64,000 nucleotides of DNA from Terriglobia bacterium. Its GTDB lineage: Bacteria > Acidobacteriota > Terriglobia > 20CM-2-55-15. Position numbers and translations under genes: made by a program. The stretch lies in assembly GCA_965198225.1 (NCBI GenBank), contig CBDAOY010000007.1:800001-864000 (forward strand), given 5' to 3'. The notes below the pieces were generated by a model. It was not told where the DNA came from. It ran no database searches and worked only from the letters and a program-made list of their open reading frames with translations. Of this stretch, positions 60,245 through 64,000 are shown one piece after another (positions within the stretch are counted from its first letter, which is position 1; each line of letters starts with the position of its first letter).

Positions 60245-60316
60245 GGTGTAGGTGCGCTCTATGAGCGCACGTTGTTTCGGTTTGACCCATGTGCGGTCAT
60301 AGACCGCACCTACACC
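60245..60316. repeat. GTAG REPIN doublet
   Basis: Same two-hairpin element as the other copies. Confidence 0.88.
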
Positions 60317-60319
60317 TCT

Positions 60320-60889
60320 CTAAGGCACATCGGGTCTGGGGTCGCCGATGAAGGCGTCTCGATTCGGCATCGCAACCTCCGGCAAGGTCGTGCGGTCCAT
60401 CACTGCGTCGGCGGGAATGATGTCGTTCTTCCACAGGAGCCAGGCTGTCACGGCATAGATGTCTTCATCGCTCAAAGACCCGGGCGCATCGAACGGCATC
60501 GTTCTCCGAACGTAGTCGAACACCGTTGTCGCATACGGCCAATAGCTTCCGATAGTCTTAGTGGGCTTCTGTCCTCCGACCAGTCGGTCATATGGACCCT
60601 CAACCCCTTCCTCGCCGTGACAGTCGGCACACTTCTCGCCGTACACCCTCGCTCCGTCGCCGACCGTACCTCTGCCCGGCGGAAGTCCCTCGCCGTCCGG
60701 CGCGACAGAGATATCGATTGCGGCAATTTCGGCCTCCGTGGGCCGGCTACCAATCCCGAGCCTCCCCTGCTGAGCCGCGGGAGAAGCCAGACCCACTGAA
60801 ATGACGAGGCATAGACCGACGCCACCCGCGAGAAGAGCTCTGCTCGCCCGTTTAGGCATGAACGTTGTGAATACTTCCATCGGCGGCAA
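60320..60889 (-). CDS. soxD: Monoheme cytochrome c, SoxD-like
   Basis: PDGEGLPPG.G, CADCHG, GSYWPYATT.FDY.RR.MP, MPNRD; exact start uncertain. Confidence 0.85.
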   Translation of the reverse strand: MPPMEVFTTFMPKRASRALLAGGVGLCLVISVGLASPAAQQGRLGIGSRPTEAEIAAIDISVAPDGEGLPPGRGTVGDGARVYGEKCADCHGEEGVEGPYDRLVGGQKPTKTIGSYWPYATTVFDYVRRTMPFDAPGSLSDEDIYAVTAWLLWKNDIIPADAVMDRTTLPEVAMPNRDAFIGDPRPDVP

Positions 60890-62186
60890 CTCTCCAGCTT
60901 TGTATGGCGTTGTAGTGATAGAAGGAGCCGAACGTGCCGTTCAGACCGCGAACGTCGACCAGGGCTGCCCGCGTCGGCTGGACGTAGCCGGTTTCGTCGG
61001 TGCAGCGGCTCTGGAGAACAGTCTGGCGACCGTCCCAGGTCCACGGGAAACGAAAGATCGTCAACGACTTCGACATCACCGGCTCCTGGAGTCTCGCCTC
61101 CTGCCAGGTTTCGCCGGCATCCGTGCTCACCTCCACGCGTGCCACCTTTCCCCGGCCACTCCAGGCCAAACCGCGGATTTCGACGAAACCGGCTCCCTGC
61201 ACAGGGAATTGAGCGGAAGGGTAGTTGATCACCGACTTCGCTTCCATTGTGAACGTGAACTGACGCGCCACCCCGTCGGCCATCAAGTCCGTGTACTTGG
61301 CGGTCTCCTCGCGCGTGTGGTACGGCCGATCGGTGACCTTGAGGACGCGCAACCACTTTACGTTGGAACTGCCCTCCCAGCCGGGCAGCACTAAACGCAT
61401 CGGGTAGCCCTGGGCCGGACGAACTGCTTCGCCATTCTGGCCATAAGCAATCATCGCGTCATCGTTTGCCTTGTCCAGGGTGATGCTCCGGTTCATTCGG
61501 GCGCCGTCAGCCCCTTCCGCGACAATCCATCTTGCTTCGCTTCGCACTCCCGCTTCCCGCAACAGGGTGGACAACAACACTCCTGTCCATTCCGTACCGC
61601 TTATCAGCCCGTGGGTTTGCTGTACGTCAGCAAGCGTCGGCTCCACCCACTCGGTCAGAGTATTTCCCGAGCACTCGGTGAAGCAGATGCGCGAAACAGC
61701 CGGAAAACGCATCAGATCCCGTACAGACAGTTTGAGGGGACGCTCGACCATTCCGAATAGGAACAGTTCGTGGTTGGCAGGATCGATATCGGGAATCCCC
61801 GCATGGTGCCGTTCGAAGTGGAGCGAGGACGGGGTGATTATGCCGCGCTGGTCATGTAGAGGAGACATGGTCCATGAGGACTCGTCGGTGGGCGTCCGGT
61901 ATTGCCAGCGCTGGATTCCAGCTTCATGGCGGGATCGTTCGCCATGACCCGAAACCGGACGACCCAATTGCTTGGTGGTGTCGGGTTGGCCTCCCTGCTG
62001 TAGAAGCGCTTCCGAGGGGGAAGACTCGGCCCTCAATCCGTTCACTGCCAGCCCACCCACCAGGCCCGCTACCCCCTTGAGGGCCCCCCGGCGTGTCATC
62101 CTTGGCGTTGAGGTTTCGTTTCCGACGTCGCGGGGCGTCCGCTTCGGGCTTCTCGCGATTTCACGCTCTTTCTTTTTCAAACTCAT
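60852..62186 (-). CDS. soxC: Tat-exported molybdopterin sulfite dehydrogenase, SoxC-like
   Basis: TRRGAL, GIITP..LHFERHHAG.P, ECSGN, QGYPMRL..PGWEG..NVKWL, YHYNAIQ. Confidence 0.9.
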   Translation of the reverse strand: MSLKKKEREIARSPKRTPRDVGNETSTPRMTRRGALKGVAGLVGGLAVNGLRAESSPSEALLQQGGQPDTTKQLGRPVSGHGERSRHEAGIQRWQYRTPTDESSWTMSPLHDQRGIITPSSLHFERHHAGIPDIDPANHELFLFGMVERPLKLSVRDLMRFPAVSRICFTECSGNTLTEWVEPTLADVQQTHGLISGTEWTGVLLSTLLREAGVRSEARWIVAEGADGARMNRSITLDKANDDAMIAYGQNGEAVRPAQGYPMRLVLPGWEGSSNVKWLRVLKVTDRPYHTREETAKYTDLMADGVARQFTFTMEAKSVINYPSAQFPVQGAGFVEIRGLAWSGRGKVARVEVSTDAGETWQEARLQEPVMSKSLTIFRFPWTWDGRQTVLQSRCTDETGYVQPTRAALVDVRGLNGTFGSFYHYNAIQSWRVAADGSIHNVHA

Positions 62187-62257
62187 ACTTGTACCTTTCC
62201 GACGTCAATCCTGTCGGATCATTTGTGCAAACGACACGCCGAGGTCGCGTGCCGTGC

Positions 62258-62938
62258 TCAGGCTTCGGGTGTGAACCCCAGCACAACGTCAAACCGTGCG
62301 GCCAGCTCGCCGACCCGCGAGCCGTGAAGGGGCGCGAAATCCACGGTCACGGCTTCCCGTGCCTTCGGGTCTCGAGTCCGATTCAGGACGCGGTCGTCCT
62401 TATTCCGCGGTTCGCCTTTGACGTACATCTGCGTGGTCCACTTGTCGCGACCCTTCATCTTGATCGCGAAGTGGATATGACTCGTGCGGTTTCCGTATAC
62501 CACGGGCCTGATGGTACGGAAATAGTATTCGCCCGTCGAGCCGGTCAAGAAGCGGCCGAACCCCTGGAAGTTCTGGTCGCGCAGGTCGTGGTCGTTGCTG
62601 TCGGTGTGGAGGTAGACGCCATAGTTGTCCACTTGCCAGATCTCGACCAGCGTGTTTCGGATGGGCTCCCCGGCGGCGGTCAGGATTCTGCCGCCCAGGT
62701 GCGTGATCTGACCCACCGCAGGGGTGATGCTGTCGTTAACGGTGAGAAGGTCGTTGTCGGTGTCCAGCGGCAGGTGGTCGGGATAGAACGGCCCTTCGCC
62801 CTGGCTCGGCGTGAGCATGAGCTGTTCGGCGAGCAGGCCGGGAACGTTGAAGAGGCTGGATACGCTGAACCCCGTAACACCAAAGGCCATGCCGCGAATA
62901 AAACGACGGCGGCCCTCGAACAGGATGGCTTCCTGCAT
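62258..62938 (-). CDS. Tat-signal intradiol ring-cleavage dioxygenase family protein
   Basis: RRRFI, EGPFYP, EIWQ...GVY, TIRPVVY, RTSHIHF. Confidence 0.85.
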   Translation of the reverse strand: MQEAILFEGRRRFIRGMAFGVTGFSVSSLFNVPGLLAEQLMLTPSQGEGPFYPDHLPLDTDNDLLTVNDSITPAVGQITHLGGRILTAAGEPIRNTLVEIWQVDNYGVYLHTDSNDHDLRDQNFQGFGRFLTGSTGEYYFRTIRPVVYGNRTSHIHFAIKMKGRDKWTTQMYVKGEPRNKDDRVLNRTRDPKAREAVTVDFAPLHGSRVGELAARFDVVLGFTPEA

Positions 62939-63293
62939 GGTTTGCTCCTTTGATGGAAAGCGGAAAACGTTGGGCATTTATACCACCGAGTGACGGGCGA
63001 ATCAATTCGGCGCGAGGCGGCGTTGGATGCCACGGCTTGTGGCACCGGCACCTGCTCCTTCTGTTTTTTCAAACCCTGAGGATCAGCGTGTGTGGTTTCC
63101 CTCGCGTTCGTCGCCTCCTACGTCGGCGTTCGAGGCGTGAGTCGACACCTGCTCGGCCGGCCGCCGCCACGAGAATTCTGGGTTGTTCATCATCGAAGAG
63201 GCGCTCCTTCACGCCTGCGCGCGGCTCCATTCTTTTTTGATTTCGGCCTGAGCTGCTATAAGATCTGGCCGTAACTTCCTAGGACTCAATCTG

Positions 63294-64000
63294 ATGGTTA
63301 CGGCCGCCATTCGTCCAACCCAACCCCAGGAGCGGATCGCGAGTCTCGATGTGTTGCGTGCGTTTGCGCTTCTTGGAATCCTCGTCGTGAACATGATGGA
63401 TTTCGCGTATACGGGCAGCCTGGAAGCGCCTGCCCAGCGATGGCCGGCGTGGTGGGACCAGGCCGCGGTTGGAATAGTCTTCCCGTTGTTTGCCGGCAAG
63501 TTCAATTCACTGTTCTCTTTCCTGTTCGGGATTGGTTTCTTCATTCAGCTCGACCGCCTCAGAGTGCGTGGCACCGCCGGCAACGTCATATACCTGCGCA
63601 GACTAGGGGTGTTGTTCCTATTGGGCGCGCTCCACGCTCTTTTTGTCTGGTGGGGGGACGTGCTCCATATGTACGCGATTCTGGGCGTCTTTCTACTCCT
63701 GATGAGGAGGGTGTCGAACAAGACTGTCTGGGTCGTGATGATCCTGTGCCTGCTCTACCCCGCGGTGCTCAGCGTTTATCAGTTCTACAAGAGCACCCCG
63801 GACGATATGGCGCGGCTACAGTCTCAATTCGTGCTGATGAGCGCGACGAATAACGAAGTCCTGACGCAGGGGAGCTACTGGGAAGCAACGCTCGCGCGCG
63901 TCGAGATGCAGCGGTTCCTGTACAGCGATTTGAGCTACTCTTTTGTGGGTTATCCGCTCTTCTTCACGACCATCCTCCTGGGTTTCTGGGTGGCTCGTGC
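63294..64000 (+). CDS. DUF418 (YeiB-like) membrane protein, 3' truncated by window edge
   Basis: Not in the ORF track; reads MVTAAIRPTQPQERIASLDVLRAFALLGILVVN...GKFNSLFSFLFGIGF...WWGDVLHMYA. Confidence 0.85.
   Translation, partial: MVTAAIRPTQPQERIASLDVLRAFALLGILVVNMMDFAYTGSLEAPAQRWPAWWDQAAVGIVFPLFAGKFNSLFSFLFGIGFFIQLDRLRVRGTAGNVIYLRRLGVLFLLGALHALFVWWGDVLHMYAILGVFLLLMRRVSNKTVWVVMILCLLYPAVLSVYQFYKSTPDDMARLQSQFVLMSATNNEVLTQGSYWEATLARVEMQRFLYSDLSYSFVGYPLFFTTILLGFWVAR

Noticed and set aside
62940-63290. Short ORF or riboswitch in the dioxygenase/DUF418 intergenic region
   Set aside because: Only short hairpins; no recognisable consensus or convincing coding signal.

Overview
GC-rich bacterial chromosomal window with about 48 protein-coding genes. 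The gene content suggests an Acidobacteriota-like free-living heterotroph, which is inference only. No rRNA, tRNA, CRISPR array or intact transposase was seen. Most genes encode exported hydrolases, peptidases and amidohydrolases, along with hflKC, ComDE-like and other ThDP enzymes, SoxCD, a Na/Pi cotransporter with a PhoU protein, VapBC and several sensor kinases. The most notable points are: (i) three TLC/NTT (ATP/ADP translocase-like) carrier paralogues, two fused to HEAT repeats; one of these lies upstream of genes for a stand-alone cNMP-domain protein, a PAS kinase and a receiver protein, and is divergent from a paralogous TPR kinase; (ii) a signal-peptide-bearing atypical (PI3/PI4K/Fam20C-like) kinase; (iii) an orphan AceE-type E1 followed by a divergent HPPD-like 2-His-1-Glu protein; (iv) an OgdA-like decarboxylase and ALDH pair; (v) GTAG REPIN-like doublets with compensatory base changes, all five between convergent genes; (vi) two ~270-bp MITEs with different TIRs but a shared core. 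Several frameshifts and ~90-bp local duplications may be assembly or read errors.
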